From contig OZ253442.1 in the NCBI GenBank assembly GCA_965261085.1, positions 4,096,001-4,160,000 of the forward strand: DNA of 64,000 nt. The letters are read 5' to 3'. The notes below the pieces were generated by a model. The model did not search any database and was not told the origin of the DNA. It worked only from the letters and a program-made list of their open reading frames with translations. A program made the position numbers and the translations under genes. Source of the stretch: a bacterium (lineage in GTDB: Bacteria; UBA8248). Shown here one piece after another: positions 39,712-49,969 of the stretch (positions are counted from its first letter, which is position 1; every line of letters starts with the position of its first letter).

Positions 39712-40836
39712 CTAATCCGGTTTCAGGAGGACCTTCAGGCACTCCCCCGTTCCGGTGACCTCGATGCCCGCCTGCACCTGGGAGAGCGGCAGGCGATGGG
39801 TGAAGATGTCGTCAATCGGCAGGTCCGTTCTCAAGAGCATGTCCATCGCCGGTTCGAACTGCACCTGGGGATAGGCCCATGAGCCGCAGATATCCACGTC
39901 CTTGTTGCACACCTGGTGGGGCCTGATTTCCACCCCTCCCGGGTCGCCGTAATGCCCGACTTCCACCAGCTTCCCGCCCCGGCGGACGATGTCCAGACCC
40001 TCGGCGAAGGCAGCGGGAACGCCCGCCGCCTCGATCACCACGTCGGGTCCCACGCCATCCGTCCAGGAGAGAATCTGCTCTTTTCTTTCCTCTTTCGTGA
40101 GCGCCGCGAGACTCACCGTCTTCGTGGCCCCGAACTTTCCGGAAAACGCGAGTCTTTCTTCGCTCATATCCACCGCGATGATCTCGCCCGCCCCCATCGT
40201 CTTGAGAGCCGCCACTACCAGCAGGCCGATGGGGCCCACACCCATGACGGCGCACCGCGCGCCCACGCCGAAGCCCTCCCCCGCATAGGGGATGCCCGGA
40301 GAAAGAGAGCGCCCGGCCGCTCTCTGGGCCACCGCCAGGGGTTCGCAAAGCGTGGCCCGCTCGAGTGAGAGACCCTCTGGCAGCTTCAAGGCGAAGGAGT
40401 TTCCGGGAATGTACATGTATTCTGAAAACGCCCCGAAAAGGTGCGGCGCCTCGGCGGAGGTGCGGAAGCCGAAAACCGTGCGGTTCGGGCACAACTGGGG
40501 CCGGTGCGGCGTGTGAATGCAAAACCAGCACCTGCCGCAGGCCTGACTGCCCGGCGCCACGGTGATGGCGTCGCCCTCCTGGATGGGTCCGCCCACGATC
40601 TTCATGGCCGAATTCGCCAGAGGCCCCATCTTCTCGACGACGCCGCTGAACTCATGCCCCGGAATGACCGGCCACGCCACGTTCAGGTTGCCCCCGTACA
40701 TGTGCTTGTCCGAACCGCAGATACCGACGGCGGCCACCCGCATCAAAAGGGCGTCGTCCTCAATCTCGGGCATGGGGTATTCACGGAGGGCGATTTCGCC
40801 CGGCTGTAGAATCGTGGCGGCCTGAACGGTGGACAT
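39712..40836 (-). CDS. Zinc-dependent alcohol/polyol dehydrogenase
   Basis: GICGSD, GHEFSG, CGRCWFC, GVGPIG. Confidence 0.93.
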   Translation of the reverse strand: MSTVQAATILQPGEIALREYPMPEIEDDALLMRVAAVGICGSDKHMYGGNLNVAWPVIPGHEFSGVVEKMGPLANSAMKIVGGPIQEGDAITVAPGSQACGRCWFCIHTPHRPQLCPNRTVFGFRTSAEAPHLFGAFSEYMYIPGNSFALKLPEGLSLERATLCEPLAVAQRAAGRSLSPGIPYAGEGFGVGARCAVMGVGPIGLLVVAALKTMGAGEIIAVDMSEERLAFSGKFGATKTVSLAALTKEERKEQILSWTDGVGPDVVIEAAGVPAAFAEGLDIVRRGGKLVEVGHYGDPGGVEIRPHQVCNKDVDICGSWAYPQVQFEPAMDMLLRTDLPIDDIFTHRLPLSQVQAGIEVTGTGECLKVLLKPD

Positions 40837-40987
40837 CGAATCTGCCTCCTGGAAGTGATGATCTCAAACGCAATAAAACCGGCGCAGAGCGTCTCGGGAA
40901 GTTGTGATGCACGCTACTTTAGCGTATCTCTAATTCCCGCCACAATGAAGGTGGGAAAACGAACCCCGGATCATCTGAGGAAAACCC

Positions 40988-41851
40988 ATGCCGATCGAGA
41001 AGACGCTCGCTATTTTCGGCTATCCCCTGGGGCATACGCTCTCGCCCGTCATGCACAACGCGGCGGCGCAGGCGCTGAATCTGCCCTACCGCTTCATGGC
41101 GTATGAGGTGCATCCGGATCAATATGAAGAAGCGGTTCGCGGCGCGGGGGCTATGGGTTTCGCCGGTTTCTGCGTCACCATCCCCCACAAGGTGGCCACC
41201 TTCCGGCTCGTGGACAAGGTGAGCGAGGATGCGAGGCTCATGGGCGCGGTGAACATGGTGACCTTCGAGAGCGGCGGCAGGCTCAAGGGCCACAACACCG
41301 ACGGCTCGGGCTGGCTCCGGTCCCTGGAAGAGGAAACGGGCGTCTCCCCGCAAGGGAAGAGATGCCTCCTTCTGGGCGCGGGCGGGGCCGCGCGGGCGAT
41401 CGCCATCAAGCTCGCGCAAACCGGGGCCGCGCACGTCGAGATTCGAAACCGCACGGCGGAGAAAGCCGTATCGTTGGCGCAGGAGGTGAAATCACATTTC
41501 CCGAAAACCGAAATCCACGGAGGCGGCCTGGAGGCGCTTGAATCCGCCGCCCGGGGGCGGGATATTATCGTCAACACGACGAGCCTGGGGATGTCCGGCG
41601 ATAAAGAAAGGGAGGCGGCCTGCTGCCTTCCCGAGGAATTCATACCGCCCGGAAGCATTTGCGCCGACGCGGTCTACAGCCCGCTCGACACCCCTTTTCT
41701 GAAAGCGGCCCGCCGAAAAGGGGCGCGCGCCGTTTCTGGCATCGGCTGGCTTTTGCACCAGGGTGCCCAGGGCTGGAAGCTTTGGACAGGCACGCAGATG
41801 CCCATCGAGCATGTGCGCGAGAAGATGCTCGAAGCGCTTCAGAACCGATAG
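40988..41851 (+). CDS. aroE: Shikimate dehydrogenase family protein
   Basis: HTLSPVMHN, VTIPHK, GHNTD, GAGGAARA, NTTSLGM. Confidence 0.88.
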   Translation: MPIEKTLAIFGYPLGHTLSPVMHNAAAQALNLPYRFMAYEVHPDQYEEAVRGAGAMGFAGFCVTIPHKVATFRLVDKVSEDARLMGAVNMVTFESGGRLKGHNTDGSGWLRSLEEETGVSPQGKRCLLLGAGGAARAIAIKLAQTGAAHVEIRNRTAEKAVSLAQEVKSHFPKTEIHGGGLEALESAARGRDIIVNTTSLGMSGDKEREAACCLPEEFIPPGSICADAVYSPLDTPFLKAARRKGARAVSGIGWLLHQGAQGWKLWTGTQMPIEHVREKMLEALQNR

Positions 41852-41884
41852 AATCCATCAAAAGATAAGGAGCCTGAGAATTTC

Positions 41885-43075
41885 ATGAGTATGCCCCTTG
41901 AGGGGATTCGCGTCCTCGATCTTTCCAGAATTCTGGCGGGACCATTCTGCACGATGATGCTCGGCGACATGGGCGCCGAAGTGATTAAAGTCGAAAACCC
42001 CGTCGGCGGAGACGACACGCGCGGCTGGCCGCCTTTTTATGAGGGGGGTGAGAGCAGCTATTTCCAGTCCGTGAACAGGAACAAGAAAAGCCTCACGCTC
42101 AACTTGAAGGCCGAGGAAGGAAAAGAGGTTTTAAGAGCGCTCGTTCAACAATCGGACATCCTCATCCAGAATTTCAGGCCGGGCGCCATCGAGCGGCTCG
42201 GCTTCGACTGGGAAACTTGCCATACGCTCAACCCGCGCCTCATCTACGCCAGCGTCTCGGGCTACGGCCAGAGCGGGCCTTCGAGAGCGCGGCCCGCCTA
42301 CGACATCCTCTTACAGGGTGAAGGCGGACTCATGAGCATCACGGGCGCAGAGGGCGGCGGCGGCTTCAAGACGGGCATCGCCATCGCCGATCTCACCACC
42401 GCGATGTTCGCGACCCAGGGGATTCTGCTGGCCATCATCGCGCGGGAGAAGACGGGGAAGGGCCAATACGTCGACACGGCGATCCAGGACGGGCAGGCCG
42501 CGCTGATGAGCCACGCAGCGGGAAACTATTTCGCCACGGGCGCCCCGCCCGGTCGGCTGGGGAACCGCCACCCGAGCATCTCGCCGTACCGGGATTTTCC
42601 CTGCTCGGACGGGGAACTCATCGTCGCGGCGGCCAACGATTCCTTGTGGCAGAGGTTCGCCCGCGCCATCGGCAGGGCCGACTTGGCGGATGACCCCCGA
42701 TGGGCCACGAACACGGCGCGCGTATCGGGGCGCGATGAACTCGAAGCTGAAATCGAGCAGACTATGCGGACCAAAACCCGCGCGGAGTGGGCCGAAATCG
42801 TATCGGGAGCCGGCGTGCCCTGCGGGCCGGTGCGGACGATTGAGGAGTTGTGCGCGGACCCGCAAATCCATCACCGCGAGATGGTCGTCGAGATGGAGCA
42901 CGCGAGAACCGGCGTCCTGAAGGTGATGGGCAACCCCATGAAGCTCTCGGATACGCCCGGCGAAATCCGCATGCCCCCTCCCCTGCTGGGTGAGCACACC
43001 GAAGAAGTTCTCTCCCGCCTGCTTGGAAAATCAGATGGAGAAATCGCCGCGTTAAAAGAAAAGGGCGTCGCGTAG
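41885..43075 (+). CDS. Class III CoA-transferase (CaiB/BaiF)
   Basis: LEGIRVLDLSRILAGP, NRNKKS, PPLLGEHT. Confidence 0.94.
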   Translation: MSMPLEGIRVLDLSRILAGPFCTMMLGDMGAEVIKVENPVGGDDTRGWPPFYEGGESSYFQSVNRNKKSLTLNLKAEEGKEVLRALVQQSDILIQNFRPGAIERLGFDWETCHTLNPRLIYASVSGYGQSGPSRARPAYDILLQGEGGLMSITGAEGGGGFKTGIAIADLTTAMFATQGILLAIIAREKTGKGQYVDTAIQDGQAALMSHAAGNYFATGAPPGRLGNRHPSISPYRDFPCSDGELIVAAANDSLWQRFARAIGRADLADDPRWATNTARVSGRDELEAEIEQTMRTKTRAEWAEIVSGAGVPCGPVRTIEELCADPQIHHREMVVEMEHARTGVLKVMGNPMKLSDTPGEIRMPPPLLGEHTEEVLSRLLGKSDGEIAALKEKGVA

Positions 43076-43169
43076 CGTTTATGGCGCAATGCGCCTTGTC
43101 AGACATGGCGCTCGCCGATAGGATACGGGAGAAATCGCGGACTTTACTCGATAGATACGGAGAAACATC

Positions 43170-44171
43170 CTGAGAACGGTCACGTATTCATTCAACTTCA
43201 CCTTGCCCATCACGAACTGGTGCGTGAACCACTGCGGCTATTGCAGTTTCCGCAGCAACGTCCCCGTCCTGCTCTCGATGGAGGAGTGCGAACGGCTCGC
43301 GAAGCAGGCCTATGCGCAGGGAGTGGTCGAGGCGCTCGTGATGACGGGCGAGGGAATCGACCGGCACAAGGGTCTCATAAACCAGTTAAAAAACTGGGGA
43401 TATGACTCCTACGCCGCCTACACGGCCGCAGTGTGCAAGATGTGCCTCGATGTCGGCCTGCTGCCCCACGCGAACATCGGCACGCTGGAAGAATGGGAAT
43501 ACGAGATACTGAAACCCTACAACGTCTCGATGGGCATGATGATGGAGACCGTGAGCCTCGAGGCCACGCGGGTCGCCCACCGGGCGGCGCCGACGAAAAC
43601 GCCCGAGGTCAGGCACGCCTCCCTCGAGGCGGCGGGAAAGCTCGGGGTCGCCTTCACGACGGGAATACTCGTCGGCATCGGGGAATCGCCCGCCGAGCGG
43701 GTCGAGACGCTTGCGGCCATCGCCGAGGTACACAACCGCTACGGGCACATACAGGAGATTATCTTACAACCCTTAAACCCCCAGCCCCTGACGCCCATGT
43801 CCAAGTGGACCCGGCCGCCGGATGAGGATATCGCGGCGCTGATCCCCGAGGCGCAAAGGCTCATGCCGGGCGTGCACATCCAGGTTCCGCCGAACCTGGT
43901 CGACGATCTGCTCGGCCTCATCATGGCGGGTGCGGACGACATCGGGGGCATCGCGCCGGAGCCGGATCACATCAACCCGAACCGCCACTGGCCCAAGCTC
44001 GGCAATCTCGACCAATCCCTTCATCAAGAAGACATCGCGCTGCGCCTGCGGATGCCGGTGTATGATGAATTCATCGAGGCGGGCTGGTGTCCGCCCGAAA
44101 CCCTGCCTGCGCTCCACCGGATGCTCGAAAGACGTGAAGCGCAAGAAGCCCTTCCCATGGAGATCGCATGA
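43170..44171 (+). CDS. cofG: FO synthase subunit 1 (radical SAM)
   Basis: VTYSFNFTLPITNWCVNHCGYC, LPHANIG, FTTGILVGIGE, IQVPPNL; start inferred at CTG 43170. Confidence 0.9.
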   Translation: MRTVTYSFNFTLPITNWCVNHCGYCSFRSNVPVLLSMEECERLAKQAYAQGVVEALVMTGEGIDRHKGLINQLKNWGYDSYAAYTAAVCKMCLDVGLLPHANIGTLEEWEYEILKPYNVSMGMMMETVSLEATRVAHRAAPTKTPEVRHASLEAAGKLGVAFTTGILVGIGESPAERVETLAAIAEVHNRYGHIQEIILQPLNPQPLTPMSKWTRPPDEDIAALIPEAQRLMPGVHIQVPPNLVDDLLGLIMAGADDIGGIAPEPDHINPNRHWPKLGNLDQSLHQEDIALRLRMPVYDEFIEAGWCPPETLPALHRMLERREAQEALPMEIA

Positions 44172-45421
44172 ACGCCCTTTATCCTCATGAAATTATTGAC
44201 GCCTTCGAGGCGGGCGAGGAAATATCGCGCGACGGCGCGACCGCCCTGCTCGCCGAGAAGGACAGGGAATTCACCGAGCGCCTTTATGAAACGGCGAACG
44301 CGGAGAGAGAAAAAGCCGTCGGCGATGAGGTGAGCTACGTCATCAACGCGAACGTGAATTTCACGAACGTGTGCTACACGGATTGCAAATACTGCGGCTT
44401 CTGGCGGCGGCCGAACGCCCCGGACGCCTATACGCACGACGACGACGTGCTGCGCAAGAAATTCGAGCGCGCAAGGGATTTCGGCGTGCGTGAAATCTGC
44501 ATGCAGGGGGGGCTGAACCCCCAGATATCGATTGATCGTTACGAGGAAGTGCTCAGGCTCGCCCGCGAAATCATCCCGGGCGTGCACATGCACGCCTATT
44601 CGCCCGCGGAAGTCGACCACATCCAGCGAAAAACCCGGTTGCCGCTCGAAGTAGTGCTCACGAGACTCAAAGAAGCGGGGCTCGGCTCCATCCCGGGAAC
44701 GGCCGCCGAGATACTCGTGGAAAGAGTGAAGAAACTGATCAGCCCGGGAAGAATCCCCGTCGAAAGATGGTGCGAGATCATCCGAACCGCTCATCTCGTG
44801 GGCATCCCGACGACCTCCACCGTCATGTACGGCCACATCGAGAGCAGCGCCGACCTGGCCGAACACATGGACATTTTGAGAAAAATGCAAAAAGACTCGC
44901 TCCAGACGGACGGAGAGGGCCGGTTCACGGAGTTCGTTCCGCTGCCCTTCATCCCGTACGACAACAAGATGGGCGAGGAATTCGGCATCGAGGAAATGGC
45001 GGACCTGGAAACCATCTTCAGGCTTCACGCCGTTGCGCGACTCTTCTTCCGGGGGACGATAGCCAACATTCAGGTGGCGTGGCCCAAGATCGGAATCGAC
45101 GCCGCCCAGAAGGCGCTCTCCCTCGGGGTGAACGACCTGGGCGGAACGCTGATCGAGGAGAACATCTCCCGTGAGTCGGGTTCTGAATACGGACAAAGCC
45201 TGAGCCCCCGGCAGTTCAACGACGCCATACTGGGAGCGGGACGCATCCCCGTTCAGCGTACGACCACGTACGACATCATTCGCGAAGACGACACGCGGTA
45301 CCGCCCGCCCCGCGCGGATGACGAGATGCTGCTCGGCGCCGGCTTCTCGGGCGGGAGAAAAGAGGGCGACTTCATCCCGGAAAACCACCTGGGCGTCTCG
45401 AATCCCGAGCGCGCCCGCTAA
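44168..45421 (+). CDS. cofH: FO synthase subunit 2 (radical SAM)
   Basis: NFTNVCYTDCKYC, PGTAAEIL, FTEFVPLPF, NDLGGTL; ATGA overlap with cofG. Confidence 0.9.
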   Translation: MNALYPHEIIDAFEAGEEISRDGATALLAEKDREFTERLYETANAEREKAVGDEVSYVINANVNFTNVCYTDCKYCGFWRRPNAPDAYTHDDDVLRKKFERARDFGVREICMQGGLNPQISIDRYEEVLRLAREIIPGVHMHAYSPAEVDHIQRKTRLPLEVVLTRLKEAGLGSIPGTAAEILVERVKKLISPGRIPVERWCEIIRTAHLVGIPTTSTVMYGHIESSADLAEHMDILRKMQKDSLQTDGEGRFTEFVPLPFIPYDNKMGEEFGIEEMADLETIFRLHAVARLFFRGTIANIQVAWPKIGIDAAQKALSLGVNDLGGTLIEENISRESGSEYGQSLSPRQFNDAILGAGRIPVQRTTTYDIIREDDTRYRPPRADDEMLLGAGFSGGRKEGDFIPENHLGVSNPERAR

Positions 45422-45440
45422 TCGGCCGGAGAGAAAACCC

Positions 45441-46883
45441 TTGAGTGAACTTCACCACCCCTCCTTCAAAGACATGATGAACGACGTGGTGGATGCGGGC
45501 AGTTGCTGCGAGTGCGGAAGCTGCGTTCTCGTCTGCCCGCACAACGTCATCGAGTACATCGACGCCAAACCCAAGCAGACGGCCAAGGCGAAGGCCGATT
45601 TCGATTATTGCGGCATCAGCGAGGGAGTGGGCTGCGACGTATGCGCGGCTGTGTGCCCGAGGCTCTGGCCGAGGGAAATCCATTTAAAAGACGCCACCTT
45701 CCAGGAGAAGAGAAGCGAGACCTACGAGGGCATTTTCGGCGCCTACCAGCACATCTTCATGGCGAGGACCAAGCGCGACGACGTGATGGAACGCGCCCAG
45801 GACGGCGGCATCGTCACTGCGCTGCTCGCATGGGCGCTCGAGAACGCCGTCATCGACGGAGCGGTGGTTTCCGCCGTCGGGGAGGACGACCCGCCGTGCG
45901 ACCCGAGCCCCAAGGTCGCCACGACGTACGAAGAGATTCGCGCGAGCGCAGGGAGTTGGTACACCTACTGCGCGAACAACCTCGCGCTCGAGGAAGTGAA
46001 GCAAAGAGACTTGAAAAAAGTGGGCTTCGTGGGCGTTCCCTGCCAGATCACGCCAATTCGCAAAATGGAGCTCATCGACCCCGCCTTTCTGGTATCGCAC
46101 AAGAAAAGGCCCCAGCACATCGAGAAACAGCGTGGCTTCCTGAGAGGATTCTCCGAGCGCGTCGCGTTTCAAATCGGCCTGTTCTGCACGGAAGTCTTCA
46201 CCTTCGACCTGATGACGGAGAAAATCGAAAAAGAGTTGGGCATCCCCCTCACGGATGTGGCGAAGTTTAACGTCAAAGGCGAGGTGCTCGTCCATAAAAA
46301 AGACGGGGAACTCGTCACATTCCCGCTCCAGGAGGCGATGGAGAACTACCAGCGTCCCGAATGCCAGCATTGCGCGGATTTCTCCGCCGAACTCGCGGAC
46401 ATCGCCTGCGGGGGCGTGGGCACGCGGGGCTGGACGATAGTCGTCCTGCGAACCGAGAAGGGCAAGGAGATCTGGAGCGAATTCGAAAAAGAAGGCCTCG
46501 TGGAAATCCAACCGATACAGGAGAACAGGCGGGCCTGGAACATCCTGCAGATTCTGGCGAGAAGACAGCGCAATCGCGTGCCGACGATGGGACCCCGGAG
46601 CGGCACGCCGGCCGGCCTTCCCCAGTACGACCCGTTCGAGGGCGCCGGCATCGCCGGGCAAAAAATGGTCGATAGTCCCAAAACGCCAGAGGAATTAGAA
46701 GAATGCCTCACCACGGCCTATGGGGAGGAGGCGCGCCCCGCGGGCGTGCGCGGCTTCCTCGCGGGCCAGCCGATTCCCGGTGACCCGGGAGATCCGCCCC
46801 CCGGGGAGAAACGCAAACTTCCACCACCCCCGAGCCCGGCCCAGGGCGGCGTGCCGCCGGGCTGGGAGGTTTCAGGGGAATAA
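45441..46883 (+). CDS. FrhB/FdhB-family F420-interacting subunit with N-terminal 2x[4Fe-4S] domain
   Basis: CCECGSCVLVCP, QDGGIVTALL, VGVPCQ, IGLFC, CQHCADF; TTG start; Pro/Gly-rich tail. Confidence 0.85.
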   Translation: MSELHHPSFKDMMNDVVDAGSCCECGSCVLVCPHNVIEYIDAKPKQTAKAKADFDYCGISEGVGCDVCAAVCPRLWPREIHLKDATFQEKRSETYEGIFGAYQHIFMARTKRDDVMERAQDGGIVTALLAWALENAVIDGAVVSAVGEDDPPCDPSPKVATTYEEIRASAGSWYTYCANNLALEEVKQRDLKKVGFVGVPCQITPIRKMELIDPAFLVSHKKRPQHIEKQRGFLRGFSERVAFQIGLFCTEVFTFDLMTEKIEKELGIPLTDVAKFNVKGEVLVHKKDGELVTFPLQEAMENYQRPECQHCADFSAELADIACGGVGTRGWTIVVLRTEKGKEIWSEFEKEGLVEIQPIQENRRAWNILQILARRQRNRVPTMGPRSGTPAGLPQYDPFEGAGIAGQKMVDSPKTPEELEECLTTAYGEEARPAGVRGFLAGQPIPGDPGDPPPGEKRKLPPPPSPAQGGVPPGWEVSGE

Positions 46884-46884
46884 G

Positions 46885-47520
46885 TTGGATACCCCCGCTC
46901 TCACAGATAAAAAACCGGCGCTCTCCATCTCACTCGATGAGGCTCTACGCAAAAGACGCTCCATACGCCACTTCACGCCGGATCCCGTCCCGATGGAGAT
47001 GCTCCAAACCGCCCTGTCCGCCGCGTGTCTGGCTCCCAGTCCGCACGGGACGAGTCCCTGGCGGTTTTGCATTCTCGATTCCAAAGAGGCCAAAGAAGCC
47101 CTCGCGGCCGAGATGGGCAAAGATTTCCTCCGCGACATGGAAGCGGAAGGCGTTCCAGAAGAAGAGCGGACGCGCAGACACAGGGGAAGCATCCGCCTGC
47201 TTACCGGCGCGCCCGCACTCATCATGGCGTCTCTCTCCTTCGCGGACCTGGATGAATACGAGGAACGCGAAAAACAATCCAACGAATGGATGATGGCCGA
47301 ACACAGCCTGGGGGGCGCTCTGCAAAACCTGATGCTCGCCCTCGCGGCCCAGGGAGTGGGCTCCGTGTGGCGCTGCGCTCCCTTGTTCTGTCCCGAAACG
47401 GCCAGAAAGGCCCTGGACCTGCCCGCAGACTGGGCGCCAAGGGCCCTCATCGTCGCGGGCTACCCATCGCAGCAGCCCGCCCCCAAAGAATCACCCGAAC
47501 CGGTGCTGATCGTCCGATGA
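46885..47520 (+). CDS. Nitroreductase-family protein (FbiB C-terminal/FbiE-like)
   Basis: RRSIRHF, APSPHGTSPWRF, WRCAPLFCP as in the FbiB C-terminal domain; inside the cof operon. Confidence 0.82.
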   Translation: MDTPALTDKKPALSISLDEALRKRRSIRHFTPDPVPMEMLQTALSAACLAPSPHGTSPWRFCILDSKEAKEALAAEMGKDFLRDMEAEGVPEEERTRRHRGSIRLLTGAPALIMASLSFADLDEYEEREKQSNEWMMAEHSLGGALQNLMLALAAQGVGSVWRCAPLFCPETARKALDLPADWAPRALIVAGYPSQQPAPKESPEPVLIVR

Positions 47521-48473
47521 GTTTTTCCGGCCCTGTCGTTGCGCTTGCAGGCGGTGTGGGCGGCGCGAAACTCGCCGTCGGCCTGGCCCATGCGCTCCCC
47601 GAGGGGGAGCTCACCGTCATCGTGAACACCGCGGACGACCTGGTGCTCCACGGCCTGCACATCAGCCCGGACATCGATACGGTGATGTACAATCTGGCGG
47701 GCATGTCGAATCCCGAGACGGGCTGGGGGATCGACGGCGATAGAACGAGCGCGCTCGACCTCTTGGGACGCTACGGTGGACCGACCTGGTTCCGGCTGGG
47801 CGATCAGGACCTCGCCACCCACATCCGGCGAACCCAGCGCCTGGCCGAGGGGGCGAGCCTGACGGAGGTGACGCGCGAACTCGCAGCCTCCCTGGGCATC
47901 AAGGCGAACATATTGCCCATGACGGATTCTTCCATCGCCACCCGGGTGAAGACGCCCGAGGGAGAACTCGAGTTTCAGGATTACTTCGTCGCCAGAGGAA
48001 CGAGGCCGAGCGTATGCGGCGTACGCTTTCAGGGGGCTGAGGAGGCGAAAACCACGCCGGAGGTGATGCGCGCGTTCGATGAGGCGCGCGCGGTCGTTTT
48101 TTGTCCGTCCAATCCGATTGTGAGCATCGGCCCCATTCTCGCGCTCGCCGACATTCATGAGCGGCTCCGGCAGGCGTCCGCGCCGCGCGTGGGGGTGAGT
48201 CCCATTATCGGGGGCGCGGCTTTGAGAGGCCCCGCCGCCGAGATGCTCAGTAGTCTGGGGCATGAAGTGTCGGCCTTAGGGGTCGCCAGGATTCTCGAAG
48301 ACGTGCTCGATGGGTTCATCGTGGACACCGAGGATGAGGCCCTGGTTTCATCCATTGAAGAACTGGGGCTTAGAAGCATCGCGCTGCCCAGCATCATGTC
48401 CGACGTCGATTCCAAAAAAAAGCTGGCCCAAGGCGTTTTGGCGTTCGCCTCATCCATACAAAAGATGGCATAA
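47517..48473 (+). CDS. cofD: 2-phospho-L-lactate/PEP transferase CofD (FbiA)
   Basis: LAGGVGGAKL, ISPDIDTVMY, FQDYFV, PSNPIVSIGPIL. Confidence 0.96.
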   Translation: MSFSGPVVALAGGVGGAKLAVGLAHALPEGELTVIVNTADDLVLHGLHISPDIDTVMYNLAGMSNPETGWGIDGDRTSALDLLGRYGGPTWFRLGDQDLATHIRRTQRLAEGASLTEVTRELAASLGIKANILPMTDSSIATRVKTPEGELEFQDYFVARGTRPSVCGVRFQGAEEAKTTPEVMRAFDEARAVVFCPSNPIVSIGPILALADIHERLRQASAPRVGVSPIIGGAALRGPAAEMLSSLGHEVSALGVARILEDVLDGFIVDTEDEALVSSIEELGLRSIALPSIMSDVDSKKKLAQGVLAFASSIQKMA

Positions 48474-48524
48474 GAAAATTCAGGTATACTCAAAACACAT
48501 TTTCTCTCGCACACCCCGGGATGG

Positions 48525-49181
48525 ATGATGAGTCTTCCGAGCCATTGCGTCGCCTTGATTCCAGTTCGCGATTTCAGAACCGGGAAATCCAGGCTCGCGC
48601 AGACCCTGGATGAGAACGCCAGAAACCAGTTGGGCCGCTGGATGCTCGAGCGTGTTCTGAAGGCCGTCGGCGCTGCAGATCGCATCGATGAAATTGTGGT
48701 GTTGAGTGATTCAGCGGAAGTCCTGACCCTCGCCGGGGAATACGGCGCTATCGGCCTGTTCGAAAAATCAGGCGGTCTCAACAACGATCTGGAAATCGGC
48801 CGCTCCTGGGCGAGACAGAAAAACGCCCGCTCTTTGTTTATCGTGCACGGAGATTTGCCGTTTTTAACCACCGAAGAGGTGAACGCGTTTCTGAAGCGGC
48901 GCGAATCACCGGAAAATATCGAGCGCGACATACGCATCGCCCGATCGAAAGACAACGGCACGACCGCTTTGTTCATACAGCCAATCGATGCGATTCCCTT
49001 CCTCTTCGGAGAACAGAGTTTCGAGAAACACCGCGCCGCCGCGCGAAAGAAGGGCTGTGACCCGCAAGCTTGCGAATCTTTCGGCTTCGCGCACGACATA
49101 GACTCGCCTGAGGATCTCGAGTTCCTGCTCTCTCGTGAGGGAGAAGCGCCCGGGTGGCTCGCTTCCGCTCCCATGAGATGA
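48525..49181 (+). CDS. cofC: Phospholactate/PEP guanylyltransferase CofC (FbiD)
   Basis: IPVR..GKSRLA, GLN, HGDLP, GTTAL, DIDSPEDL. Confidence 0.92.
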   Translation: MMSLPSHCVALIPVRDFRTGKSRLAQTLDENARNQLGRWMLERVLKAVGAADRIDEIVVLSDSAEVLTLAGEYGAIGLFEKSGGLNNDLEIGRSWARQKNARSLFIVHGDLPFLTTEEVNAFLKRRESPENIERDIRIARSKDNGTTALFIQPIDAIPFLFGEQSFEKHRAAARKKGCDPQACESFGFAHDIDSPEDLEFLLSREGEAPGWLASAPMR

Positions 49182-49939
49182 ACAGCGTCGAAATCATACC
49201 CGTCACCGGGTTGCCGGAAATTCAGGAAGGGGATGCGTTGGCGCCCATGATCCTGGGAGCGCTCGAGGCGGGCGGCGCGAAAATCCGGGATCGGGACATC
49301 CTCGTCCTCGCCCAGAAGATCGTCAGCAAGGCTGAGGGCAGACTCCTGGACTTGAACAGCGTCGAACCATCCCGGGAAGCTCTCGACATCGCGAACCGCG
49401 ACGGACGCGACCCGAGGCTGGTGGAAGCAGTGCTCAGAGAATCGAACGAAATCGTCGTCGCCTCAGAGCGGGCGCTCATCGTGGAGCACCGCACGGGCGC
49501 GGTGTGCGCCCACGCAGGCATCGACCGCTCGAACGTCAAGGGGGGTAAGGATCGGGTCTTGCTGCTGCCCCGCGATGCCGATCTCTCCGCCCGGAAACTA
49601 CATGAAGAGATTAAGGGAGCAACGAACGCCTTCGTTCCCGTCCTCATCGCCGACACCCAGGGGCGCGCCTTTCGGCGGGGCGTCGTCGGCGTGGCGATAG
49701 GCTGCGCCGGCCTGGAGCCGTTGGTGGATCTACGGGGAGAGAAAGACAGAACGGGCCGTATGCTTGAGATCACCATACTCGCGCATGCGGATGAAATTGC
49801 GGCGGCGGCGAGCCTGGTGATGGGACAGGACAAGCAGGGAGTTCCCGCCGTCTTGATTCGCGGTCTTGATTATCATGAAGGAAACACGCCCGCGCGCGCT
49901 CTCTACCGCACAAAAGAAGAAGATTTGTTTCGCCCATAA
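49178..49939 (+). CDS. cofE: Coenzyme F420-0:L-glutamate ligase
   Basis: QKIVSKAEGR, AGIDRSN, DTQGRAFR, DEIAAAA. Confidence 0.95.
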   Translation: MNSVEIIPVTGLPEIQEGDALAPMILGALEAGGAKIRDRDILVLAQKIVSKAEGRLLDLNSVEPSREALDIANRDGRDPRLVEAVLRESNEIVVASERALIVEHRTGAVCAHAGIDRSNVKGGKDRVLLLPRDADLSARKLHEEIKGATNAFVPVLIADTQGRAFRRGVVGVAIGCAGLEPLVDLRGEKDRTGRMLEITILAHADEIAAAASLVMGQDKQGVPAVLIRGLDYHEGNTPARALYRTKEEDLFRP

Positions 49940-49969
49940 AACTACAACTCTCAATATGAGGATGCGCCC

